A DNA stretch of 64,000 nucleotides from an uncultured Actinomycetes bacterium. Lineage in GTDB: Bacteria > Actinomycetota > Thermoleophilia > RBG-16-64-13. Below are positions 42,354-51,304 of the stretch, in pieces. Below the pieces are notes generated by a model. That model did no database searches and was not told the DNA's origin. It was given only the letters and a program-made list of their open reading frames with translations. The DNA is taken from positions 1,056,001 through 1,120,000 of the forward strand of contig CAVPLM010000005.1 in NCBI GenBank assembly GCA_963706025.1. Direction: 5' to 3'. The position numbers and the translations under genes were made by a program. Numbering within the stretch: the stretch's first letter is position 1; each line of letters begins with the position of its first letter.

Positions 42354-42399
42354 ATGGCGCCGGCTCGGTGCGGGGGGTGCATACACGAGCCGGCGCCAT
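42354..42399 (-). terminator. GC-rich hairpin after dctM
   Basis: 14-bp perfect stem ATGGCGCCGGCTCG/CGAGCCGGCGCCAT about 35 nt after the dctM stop. No clear U-tract. Confidence 0.6.
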
Positions 42400-42432
42400 G
42401 ATCAAAGGGGGATCACACCGTTGGGTGCCACA

Positions 42433-43746
42433 TCATTGGTACATCAGGTTCGGCAGCCACGTGGACAGCCAGGGCAAGAACACGAGCAGCACCAGGAAGA
42501 TCAGCATCGTCCATACGAACGGCCAACATCCTCTGAAGATCGTGTACATGGGCACCTCTTTGTGCATCCCGGCCAGGGAGAACACCACGACCCCTACCGG
42601 AGGCGTGATGCAGCCCACCATGATGCAGAGGATGGCGACGACCCCCAGTTGGAGCGGGTCGAAGCCCATGTCCGTGAGGATGGGGAAGAAGATGGGCAGG
42701 GTGATAATCATCACCGACCAGATGTCCATCAGCATCCCCAGGATGAAGTACAGGAAGATCACGAGGAGCAGCACCAGATACCTGCTGAGTTCGGCCTCCA
42801 CCAGCGCGTTGGAGATGGCCGGAGCGATCTCGCTGGTGGTGAGGAAGTGGCTGAAGTACTGGGCGCCGAAGATGAGCAGCAGGATCATGGCCGAGATCTG
42901 GGCGGCCTCGAGCAGGGCGTGGCCGATCATCTTGAGCGAGAACCGCTTGTAGAAGATGCTCACGATGATGACCGCCAGCGTGCCGGCGGCGCCGGCTTCG
43001 GTTGGGGTGAACAGACCCGACAGAAGACCGCCCATGACGAAGATGAACACGATCAGGATGCCGATGATCCCTTTGAGCGACTTGAGCCGCTCCGTCCAAG
43101 TGGCCTTCGGCTGGACCGAGGACAGATTGGGATTGATCCTACATTGCAGTGCGATCTGGATCATGAACATGAGGGTCAGGACGATGCCCGGCAAGATACC
43201 GGCGATGAACAAGGCGGCGATGGATGTCTGGGTGATGAAGCCGAACACGACGAAAGCCGTGCTCGGGGGGATGAGGATCCCCAGGTTGCCGCCCGCTGCG
43301 ATGGAACCGAAGGAGAGCCGGTCGTCGTAGCCGTACTTACGCATCTCGGGCAGGGCCGCCTTGTCCATGGTGGCTGCCGTGGCGATGTTGTCACCGCAGA
43401 CCGCGCCAAAAGCCGCGCAGGTGCCGACGGTGGCCATGGCTAAGCCGCCGCGCAGGTGGCCCACCCAGCGGTTGAAGGTCTTGAAGGCGCTCTCGGTCAC
43501 CCCGCCCTTCCCGGCGACAATGCCCATGAGGACGAAGAGTGGGATCACCACCAGGTACTGGGAGTTGCCCACGCGCCACACCGTGGTGGCCAGGGTGTTG
43601 AGGGCCGGTTCCAGACCCCGGGAGAGCCAGATGCCGACGAACCCCGCGACCATGAGCGACAGCCCCACGTGCATTCGCAGGAACATGAGTATGAAGAAGA
43701 GGCCGGCGCCGATGAGCCCTAGGGCCCACAGGGGAAGCTCGCTCAT
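42433..43746 (-). CDS. dctM: TRAP transporter large permease
   Basis: IPLFVLMG, GGLAMA, GNLGILIPPS, FTPTEAG and ITPPVG. Confidence 0.93.
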   Translation of the reverse strand: MSELPLWALGLIGAGLFFILMFLRMHVGLSLMVAGFVGIWLSRGLEPALNTLATTVWRVGNSQYLVVIPLFVLMGIVAGKGGVTESAFKTFNRWVGHLRGGLAMATVGTCAAFGAVCGDNIATAATMDKAALPEMRKYGYDDRLSFGSIAAGGNLGILIPPSTAFVVFGFITQTSIAALFIAGILPGIVLTLMFMIQIALQCRINPNLSSVQPKATWTERLKSLKGIIGILIVFIFVMGGLLSGLFTPTEAGAAGTLAVIIVSIFYKRFSLKMIGHALLEAAQISAMILLLIFGAQYFSHFLTTSEIAPAISNALVEAELSRYLVLLLVIFLYFILGMLMDIWSVMIITLPIFFPILTDMGFDPLQLGVVAILCIMVGCITPPVGVVVFSLAGMHKEVPMYTIFRGCWPFVWTMLIFLVLLVFLPWLSTWLPNLMYQ

Positions 43747-44297
43747 TTCTTCACCGCCTCAGCCAGGGACCGAAGGAAGCGCATCACAAAGATGGGGATC
43801 ATGGTGAAGATCCCGAAGGCGGCCAGATACGTGAACGGGTAGATCTCGATGGGGACGTTGCGTGTCCGCTGGTTGGCCTCCTGGTAGGTCATGGCCAGCT
43901 TCACCAGTTGCCAGCACAGGATGCAGAAGATGGCTATGCCCAGGAGATAGATGATCGGCTGGACGATCAGTTGCACCCGCTTCGGCAGGTGCTTGGCCAC
44001 GATGTCGACCGTCATCTTCTCGTGCCGCCCCATGTGCTCGTAACCGATAACCAAGAAGGTGATGACCACCAGCCCCAACTGGGTGATCTCGGTCGACCCC
44101 TTGAGAGGCGCATTGAAGAAGCGGCGCCCGATGATCGACCAGATCATCGCCAGGACCATCGCTCCCAGGGCCGCGGCTCCGATGTACGCAAGCCACTTGT
44201 AGATAGGCTTGATGAAGGCCTCGACGGAGTCCGCGGCCTTGGCAAGGCCGGTGGTCGGCACTGCGGCCGCGCCCTCGGGTTGCCCGTGTTCACTCAT
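43743..44297 (-). CDS. dctQ: TRAP transporter small permease
   Basis: 4 TM segments, GRRFFNAPLKGSTEI and MTVDIV. Lies between dctP and dctM. Confidence 0.88.
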   Translation of the reverse strand: MSEHGQPEGAAAVPTTGLAKAADSVEAFIKPIYKWLAYIGAAALGAMVLAMIWSIIGRRFFNAPLKGSTEITQLGLVVITFLVIGYEHMGRHEKMTVDIVAKHLPKRVQLIVQPIIYLLGIAIFCILCWQLVKLAMTYQEANQRTRNVPIEIYPFTYLAAFGIFTMIPIFVMRFLRSLAEAVKK

Positions 44298-44316
44298 GCG
44301 TGTCCTCCAACTGGGT

Positions 44317-44351
44317 CGATCGGCCCCGGCCGGGATGGCCGGGGCCGATCG
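44317..44351 (-). terminator. Intercistronic hairpin between dctP and dctQ
   Basis: 15-bp perfect stem CGATCGGCCCCGGCC/GGCCGGGGCCGATCG with a 5-nt loop. Confidence 0.65.
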
Positions 44352-44364
44352 TCATCGCGTTGGC

Positions 44365-45816
44365 TTACGGGATCATGTACTCGTAGGTAGCGCCACCGTG
44401 CGCAACATCGGTGGCGACGATCTTCGCGAGGCCGGCGACTCCGGAGTAGTCGAGCACGCCCTCCGCCGCCTCGGGGATATCAAGCGGGCCGAGGCTCTTG
44501 CCGCTTGCGTCGAAGCCCTCGACCTTGGCACCGAACGGACCTTCTGTGGAGACCGCGAACTGCTGCCCCGGCTCAGGCACGATTGTGAGCTTGACCTTGC
44601 TGTTGCCCAGGTCTTCGAAGAAGATCCCGGTGGTTCCGGCCGGTGCGGTGGTGGTGGTCACCTCGGTCGGGGCCATGGCGCCGTACTTTTCGACGAGTTG
44701 GACGGCCTGATCAAGCACCGCCTGAGCCTCGCCACCGGTCTCCTGCACCCACGTGCCCCACACCGGCTCGGCAGCGGCCTTCCACAACGCCAGCTCTTCC
44801 GCGGTGGGCACATAGATAGGAGGATTGCCCGCACCCTTGTCGGACCCTTCGATAGCGGCCTTGTCCTCCGCCGCCAACGCCTCGTTCGCCGCGTTGTAAG
44901 CCGAGAAGGCGTCGGGATTGCTGACGCTCACGATCTGGTCCTGAAGCACCTTGGGCATGGAATCCCAGACATCCTTGTTCAGGATCAGGGCGAAGGCGCG
45001 GTAGAACATGTCGGTCTCAGTACGGTACTGGGTGACGTCTTTGATCCCGGTGATCAGGGCGAAGGAGTAGCTGAGGAAGCAGGAGTCGGCCATGCCTCTT
45101 TCCATGGAGGTCGCCAGTTCACCTGTGCTGATCTCCACCGGAGTCGCGCCAAGAGCCTCGATGAGCCAGGCCTCGATCTGTCCGCCCGACCGCACCCTCT
45201 GGCCGGTCATGTCGGCGGGGACTTTGGCCTCTTTGCTACCGAAATACTGGGCCGGAGCGATGACTGGGCAGCCCACCAGCACTACATCCTTCCATTCCTC
45301 GGCAGCGGGAGAGTCGGTGAGGATATCCCAGTAGACCCGGCCCGTCACTTCGGCGCTGGGGAACATCTGCGGCAGGCCGTAGAATTCCGACAGCGGGAAG
45401 CGGCCCGGAGTGGCGTCGGCCGTCAGCGAGGCGATGTCGGCAAGACCGGAGGTGACGGCGTCGTACTGGTCGGCCTCTTTCACCAAGGTCTCTTCGGCAT
45501 ACAGTTCGATGGTCACGCGATTGTTGGTCGCCGCCGCGACCGCGTCAATCCACGGCTTGTAGTAGGCCCCGACGATGCTGGCCCTGTCCGGGACGTGGAT
45601 GGACATCTTCAGTTCGTAGGTCTGCCCGGTGTCGGGCACTCCGGCCACCGTGGTGGTGGTCTCGGGTGCCGCGGTGGTCTCGGTGCTCGGAGCCGCAGTG
45701 GTCACCGGCGCGGCGGTGGTGGTGGTCTCTTCTTCGCCGCAGGCCGCCATCAGCGTAGCGAGACCCAGCGCCAATACCAGGGCCAGCAGGCCGACGGCCC
45801 ATTTTCTTTTCTTCAT
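44365..45816 (-). CDS. dctP: TRAP lipoprotein solute-binding protein with extra C-terminal domain
   Basis: Lipobox MAAC, Thr-rich tether, DAVTSGLADI, TPGRFPL, GQRVRSGG and MERGMAD. Start at MKKRKW (45816). Confidence 0.88.
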   Translation of the reverse strand: MKKRKWAVGLLALVLALGLATLMAACGEEETTTTAAPVTTAAPSTETTAAPETTTTVAGVPDTGQTYELKMSIHVPDRASIVGAYYKPWIDAVAAATNNRVTIELYAEETLVKEADQYDAVTSGLADIASLTADATPGRFPLSEFYGLPQMFPSAEVTGRVYWDILTDSPAAEEWKDVVLVGCPVIAPAQYFGSKEAKVPADMTGQRVRSGGQIEAWLIEALGATPVEISTGELATSMERGMADSCFLSYSFALITGIKDVTQYRTETDMFYRAFALILNKDVWDSMPKVLQDQIVSVSNPDAFSAYNAANEALAAEDKAAIEGSDKGAGNPPIYVPTAEELALWKAAAEPVWGTWVQETGGEAQAVLDQAVQLVEKYGAMAPTEVTTTTAPAGTTGIFFEDLGNSKVKLTIVPEPGQQFAVSTEGPFGAKVEGFDASGKSLGPLDIPEAAEGVLDYSGVAGLAKIVATDVAHGGATYEYMIP

Positions 45817-45960
45817 CTCACTCCCCCTCTGCAATATCCGATAGCTCGTCTTCATGCAACTGTCTTTTGGGACCCGACAAAGCCGTGTGCCTGTGTTTCC
45901 ACCCCCTCCATTCTCGACCCATCGCCCACCGAGTTCTGTTTCGAACCAAGTGAGCGGCTG

Positions 45961-45986
45961 CTTCGTATCGGAGTTCGTATACGAAG
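45961..45986 (-). promoter_or_regulatory. Operator copy 2 (upstream of dctP)
   Basis: CTTCGTATCGGAGTTCGTATACGAAG, nearly identical to the copies at 42274 and 52449. Confidence 0.8.
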
Positions 45987-46136
45987 CGCTCTCACGACCA
46001 CCTGTGTTTACACCGGTACCGATCCGTTGTCCATCACTTTAGTTGGTAAACTTTGGTCGAGGCTAAGGTTGAGTGGAGCAGGGGGTCCCTTTCTGAGGAT
46101 GGTAGACGTGTCTCTTGCCGAGGCATCGTGACGGCC

Positions 46137-47279
46137 ATGTTCGGTGCGGTGCCCGTCAGACTATGGTCTATGACCACTCGGGTCGCGAGGAACCCACACT
46201 TCTGGGTGGTGGTCGTTCTCTCCGCCATACTTCTATTCATATACCAGGCTTGGCCTTGGCCCGAGTCACGGTTCAACAGCGGAGTGTGGCGTTCTTTCTC
46301 CTGGTTGTCCGCGCTCGAATCCCTCGTCATAGAGGTGGAGCTCAAGTACCATCTGTTCGGCGCGTTGTTCTTGATACCGATCCTATATGGTTCGCTGACC
46401 CTGTCGTGGACCGGAGGCATCTTCGCCTGGTGTTTGGCGCTGATCTGGGTGTTGCCGACCGTTCTTTCGTGGTCGAGCGCCCCGCTGCTGCTCAACCTCA
46501 CCCTCCTCCTCTTGCCCGTGTTGCTCGTAGCCATCATCAGCGGGGAACGACGATGGCGCGAGAACAAAAGACGCTACTTCGCCGAGCGCGAACGAGAGCG
46601 ACAGGCGTACATCGCCAAGCTGGTCGAGACCGAAGAGATAGAACGTAGACGTATCGCCCAGGAACTCCACGACGAGACCCTCCAGACTCTTATGGTCATC
46701 GCGAACAAAGCGGATTCCCTCGCCCTGTCGGGAACCGATGAGAGGCAGGTCAGAGGCAATCTATGGATCAAGCAGGAAGTGCTTCAGACGATGGACGACC
46801 TGAGGCGACTGAGCATGAACCTGCGACCGAGCGTGTTGGACAACTTTGGCCTCGTCTCCGGGGTCAGATGGCTGATCAACAACAGCAACAGCCAGAACGG
46901 TTGCCATCTGGACGTCGCCGTGATCGGCGAGGAGCGGAAGATGTCGAGCCTCTCCGAAGTCACCGCGTTCCGGGTCGTCCAGGAGGCGATCAACAACATA
47001 CAGCGGCACGCGTACGCGAAGAGCGGTACCGTCAGTCTGGAGTTCGGAGACGACCGCCTGCTACTGCAGGTCAAGGACGACGGCGTGGGCTTTCGGCCAC
47101 CCGATAGACTTGCGGTTTACGTGGTCGAGAGCAAGCTGGGCATGATGGGGATGGAGCAGAGGGTACTTTCGGTCGGAGGTGAGATCAGCGTCGACTCCAG
47201 CCCCGGGGAAGGCACAAGAATCTGGGCCTCAGTCCCCTACACGGCCTCAGCCCAGGTCTTCCAGGGTGAGAATGCCTGA
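46137..47279 (+). CDS. Membrane sensor histidine kinase (HisKA_3, NarX/DegS type); start uncertain
   Basis: N-terminal TM segments, ERRRIAQELHDE (phospho-His), QEAINNI, DDGVGF, GMMGM and GEGT. Confidence 0.92.
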   Translation: MFGAVPVRLWSMTTRVARNPHFWVVVVLSAILLFIYQAWPWPESRFNSGVWRSFSWLSALESLVIEVELKYHLFGALFLIPILYGSLTLSWTGGIFAWCLALIWVLPTVLSWSSAPLLLNLTLLLLPVLLVAIISGERRWRENKRRYFAERERERQAYIAKLVETEEIERRRIAQELHDETLQTLMVIANKADSLALSGTDERQVRGNLWIKQEVLQTMDDLRRLSMNLRPSVLDNFGLVSGVRWLINNSNSQNGCHLDVAVIGEERKMSSLSEVTAFRVVQEAINNIQRHAYAKSGTVSLEFGDDRLLLQVKDDGVGFRPPDRLAVYVVESKLGMMGMEQRVLSVGGEISVDSSPGEGTRIWASVPYTASAQVFQGENA

Positions 47280-47927
47280 CTTGAGACTGACGAAGATGGC
47301 CTCCGTCCGCGAGCGCACGTTCAGCTTCTGAAACACATCTACGAAGTAGCTTTTGACCGTGGCTTCACTGATCCCCAGATTGGCCCCTATCTCCTTGTTG
47401 GAGAGGCCCCTGGCCGCCAGAGTGAGAACCTCCATGCCCTTCGCCGAGAGCTTCTCCTGATCGACCTGCTTGATCGGCCTGACGACGTGCTGCAGCGCGT
47501 ACTTGAGGACCTCTTGGGACACCTCTGGGGACAGCACCATGTCGCCGTCCATGACGGCCCGAATGGTGTGGATCACCTCGGGACCGAAGATCGACTTGAC
47601 GAGGTACCCGCTGGCCCCGGCCTGCAGGATGCTGAAGATCGTCTCGACGTCGGTATGGACGGTGAGGATCAGCACCGCGGTGAGAGGGTCGGCTGCTTTG
47701 ATCCGCTTGGTGGCCTCGACTCCGTTCATGGTGGGCATGCTGATGTCCATGATGACGATGTCCGGGCGATGCTCCCCGGTCATGGTCACGGCCTCCTGGC
47801 CGTCACCGGCCTCACCGATGACGCGAAGATCCGGCTCCTTTTCCAGGATGTCGCGCAGAGCGCGGCGGACGAGGGGATGATCGTCCACCAGGAGGATCCG
47901 GGTCTCTTGCTGTTCAGCCGATTCCAC
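47247..47927 (-). CDS. NarL/LuxR-family response regulator
   Basis: LVDDHPLVR, DIVIMDISMP, GYLVK and LuxR HTH GLSNKEIG..ISEATVK. Confidence 0.94.
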   Translation of the reverse strand: MESAEQQETRILLVDDHPLVRRALRDILEKEPDLRVIGEAGDGQEAVTMTGEHRPDIVIMDISMPTMNGVEATKRIKAADPLTAVLILTVHTDVETIFSILQAGASGYLVKSIFGPEVIHTIRAVMDGDMVLSPEVSQEVLKYALQHVVRPIKQVDQEKLSAKGMEVLTLAARGLSNKEIGANLGISEATVKSYFVDVFQKLNVRSRTEAIFVSLKSGILTLEDLG

Positions 47928-47971
47928 TTCGGGGTCTCTCCCTGCCGCGCTTCCACCAGCTCGGGTCAGTG

Positions 47972-48001
47972 ACCTGTCGCAGCCTCACCTGTCGCAGCCT
48001 C
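47972..48001. repeat. 15-bp perfect direct repeat upstream of the response regulator gene
   Basis: ACCTGTCGCAGCCTC twice (47972-47986 and 47987-48001). Confidence 0.75.
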
Positions 48002-48118
48002 TGGTCTCTAATCATATAGTAGGAAGTGGATGCAGGTGAAAAACGGGGAGCGGCTCCGCGCGGGGCGCCTGTTCTCGGCGAGCGCATGAGGCAGACCCCA
48101 CGCGGGATACGACGTGAT

Positions 48119-48142
48119 AAGATATATCTTGATATATCTAGA
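48119..48142. promoter_or_regulatory. AT-rich palindromic operator-like site
   Basis: AAGATATATCTT palindrome followed immediately by a second GATATATC, about 30 nt upstream of the His-rich ORF. Confidence 0.6.
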
Positions 48143-48172
48143 CACAGCGTATCCGACTGCTGGAGGACCGAC

Positions 48173-48475
48173 TTGCAGCACCACAAGCACCACCATAAAC
48201 ACCACCGCGACCATGACCACGGACGTGACCACGGACATGGCAACCACCCCCACGGCTCTCCGCACGAGCACGGTCACCACGATCGGGCATCGCATTCCTC
48301 TGGTGGGGCGGACTACTCACCCGGAGCCCAATGGCCCTCTGTTGCCTGCGAATCAAGCCCCGCCGGGCACGTGACGCCCTCTCCCGCAGACGCAGCCCTC
48401 GAGGGTTGCCCGAAGCGAGGCGGCTCGAGCGAGTGCCTGGGAGATTGCCGAACCTGTCCCTACCGGGGGCTCTAG
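48173..48475 (+). CDS. Small His-rich/Cys-rich putative metal-binding protein (100 aa)
   Basis: GGAGG RBS then TTG 48173. 17 His in the first 36 aa and a C-terminal C-x8-C-x3-C-x2-CPY. Confidence 0.65.
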   Translation: MQHHKHHHKHHRDHDHGRDHGHGNHPHGSPHEHGHHDRASHSSGGADYSPGAQWPSVACESSPAGHVTPSPADAALEGCPKRGGSSECLGDCRTCPYRGL

Positions 48476-48524
48476 ATCAGGACGACACCGGTCGAGCCCA
48501 CAAGCCGGGCGTGACTCGCCCCCG

Positions 48525-49340
48525 TCACCCCACCAGTTCGGGCGACAGTTTCAGCCGCTCCACCACCTCGTCGACGGTCGCCGGCTCGAGGTTCATCGAC
48601 CTCGCCACGCCCACGAGTTGCTCGACGAGCTGAGCGTTGGAGGTGGCCAGCTCCTTCGGCCTGACGTAGAGCGTGTCCTCGAGACCGGTGCGCGCGTTGC
48701 CGCCCATGGCCAGACCGATGGTGGTCAGCGGCAGGTTGGCCTTCGAGATGGCGATCACCTGCCAGCTGGTGTTCGGGGGCAACTCGCGGACGAGATAGGA
48801 GAGCAGCATGGGATCGGCCGGCATGCCGCCCTTGACACCCATGACGAACGAGACCTGCAGCGGTTCGGTGAGGAGGTCCCTCTTGAGGAGGTCCAGCATC
48901 AGGCCAAGGTGCCCGGTGTCGTAGATCTCGACCTCCGCCTTCACGCCCAGCTCGCGCATGCGCGCAGCCAGCTGAAGCATCTGCTTCGGCGGGTTCCGGA
49001 ACTCGATCTCGCCGATGGTCATGGTGGCGGGATTCAAGCTGGCCATGGCCGGCTTTGCCTCCACGATCTTCATGCGGTCCTCGTAGGGGAACCCGCCGCC
49101 AGTGGAGAGCTGCACGATACCTGGACACTTCTCGCGCACCAAATCCACCGTGCGCCGCGCCACGTCCAGGTCGGTGGTGAAATCGTCGTTGTCCCGCAGA
49201 TGGATGTGGATAACGGCGGCGCCGGCCTCGTAGGCTCCCTTGGCGCTTTCGGCGATCTCCTCCGGGGAGCCCGGCATCGCGGGGCTGTCCTTCTTGGTGG
49301 CGGCGGGGCCGGTGAGCGAGGCGGTGATGATCGGGTTCAT
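48525..49340 (-). CDS. Beta-keto acid cleavage enzyme (BKACE/DUF849; Kce-like)
   Basis: IITASLTG, EEIAE..AYEAGAAVIHIHLR (HxH), STGG, EIYD.GH and RTGLED. Confidence 0.92.
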   Translation of the reverse strand: MNPIITASLTGPAATKKDSPAMPGSPEEIAESAKGAYEAGAAVIHIHLRDNDDFTTDLDVARRTVDLVREKCPGIVQLSTGGGFPYEDRMKIVEAKPAMASLNPATMTIGEIEFRNPPKQMLQLAARMRELGVKAEVEIYDTGHLGLMLDLLKRDLLTEPLQVSFVMGVKGGMPADPMLLSYLVRELPPNTSWQVIAISKANLPLTTIGLAMGGNARTGLEDTLYVRPKELATSNAQLVEQLVGVARSMNLEPATVDEVVERLKLSPELVG

Positions 49341-49510
49341 GGTGTGAGGCCTCCTAGCAGAGCGTTGTGCATGAGAACGTTGTAGACAGAGTGTTGCGCG
49401 TCGTGTCGATCAGTGGGTCGCGCAGCAGTATGCCGCCTCCGAGCCCACGCGTTCCGCGAAAGCGGTCTTTTCATAGGCGCGCGACCTTCTTCCCGGCCTG
49501 AGCGGGCCGC

Positions 49511-50268
49511 TCAGACCGCGGACAGTCCACCGTCGACGTAGATGATCTGCCCGGTCATGAAGTCCGATTCGTCCGACGCCAGCAGGATGATGGGACCGAA
49601 TAGGTCCTCCGGCGCGCCCAGGCGGGACAGCGGGATCTCCGCCGTCATCTTGGAGTAGATCTCCGGCTTGGAGAGGAATTCACGGGTCATGTCGGTGATG
49701 ACGAGCGCCGGCGCGATGGCGTTCACGTTGATGTTGTACTTGGCCCACTCCGCCGCCAAGGTCCGGGTCAGCTGGTCCACGCCGCCCTTGCTCGTGGCGT
49801 AGGCTGAACCACCGATCGAGGGGGCGACCCGTCCTCTCACCGAGGACATGTTGATGATCTTGCCGCGCTTCTGCTCGATCATGACTCTGCCCACAGCCTG
49901 GCACGCCAGGAACATACCGACGATATTGAACTTGACGACCCTCTCGAACTCCTCCGGAGGCATCTCCTCCGCCGAGAAGCGTGCGTTGGTACCGGCGATG
50001 TTGACGAAGGATGTCGATCTTGCCGAACTCCTTCATCGACCTGGTCGACCATGTCCTTCATCGCAGAGGCGCTGGTGACGTCGGCCGAGACGGCCAAGGC
50101 CTTGCGTCCCGTCCCTTCGATGTCCTTGACCACCGCCTCCAGGTGCCCCGGGTCGAAGTCGGCGGCGACCATGTCCGCGCCGCACTGTGCCAGACGGACG
50201 GAGATCGGTCGCCCCAATCCGCCGCCAGCCCCCGTTACGACCGCAACCTTGCCTGTCAGATCGAACAT
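49511..50268 (-). CDS. Short-chain dehydrogenase/reductase (candidate phloroglucinol reductase); two +1 frameshifts near 50037 and 50008
   Basis: MFDLTGKVAVVTGAGGGLG, FGKIDIL, VNIAG, NMSS, YATSK and VNAIAP are spread over three frames. AAGGAGG RBS. Confidence 0.85.
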
Positions 50269-50333
50269 CGGACCTCCTTGAGTTTCTGGAAAAACGACGG
50301 GCATCTTGTCGCCCTGCCTCAGTCGCGGCTCAC

Positions 50334-51285
50334 TCAGTCGCGGCTCATGAACAGCTTGAGTTGCGGCAGCAGCCGGCGATTCTTCTCTTCGAGGACTTCC
50401 GCGCGCGTCTTGCCGCTGTAGTCGTACCAGCCCTTGCCCGACTTGATCCCCAACTCGCCTTTGTTGACCTTCTCCACCAGGATCGGCGACGGTTCGGTCG
50501 CGTTGCTCAGGCCCTTGAACACCCGGCCCGATACCACCATGGCGATGTCGAGACCGATCATGTCCTCCACCTCCATGGGGCCCAGGCAGGCGAACCTGAA
50601 ACCGGTGCTGCTCTTGATGGCGATGTCCAGGTCCTCGGGGGTCACGATCCCTTCGTCGAGCAGGTAGTCGATCTCCCGCTCGATCGCGCCCATGATGCGG
50701 TTCACGATGAAGCCCGGCACCTCTTTGCGCACGAGCACGGTCTTCTTGCCCGAGGCCTCCATGAGGCGCTTGGTCTCCTCGAAAGCGGCATCAGAGGTCT
50801 CGCTGCCCCGGTGGATCTCGACCAAGGGGATGATGTGCCCGGGATTGAAGTAGTGGATGCCGATGATGTTATCGGGATTCGGCATCCCCTCGGCCAGCGA
50901 ATCGACCGTCAGGCTGCCGGTGTTGCTCCCGATGATCACATCCGGGTTGGCCGCCTGGATGAGCGCCCAAGAGAGCCCTCTTGTCGTCGAGGATCTCGCG
51001 GATCGTCTCCACCACGTAGCTGCATCCCTCGACCGCTTGGACCATGTCGGTGGTGACCATGCCCTCGATGCGGTCCATCACTTGGTCGACCGTCTCCTCG
51101 ATCAGGTCGAATTCGATGAACTGCTGGATGTTGTGGCGAAGCTGCTCGAGAGCCCGGGTCAGCGGCTCTTCACGGCGCGCCACGAGCCGTACGTCGAACC
51201 CGTTCTGTGCGAAGGTCTGAGCGATGCCTTCGCCCATCGTCCCCGTGCCCACGATCAGTATCTTCTGCGCGTTTCCTGTACTCAT
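50334..51285 (-). CDS. 3-hydroxyacyl(-CoA) dehydrogenase family protein; +1 frameshift near 50965
   Basis: IVGTGTMGEGIA and VVETIRE in one frame, then SNTGS, IHYFNP, PGFIVNR and GKGWYDY in the next. Confidence 0.88.
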
Positions 51286-51304
51286 GCTTGACCTCCGGTC
51301 GCGC

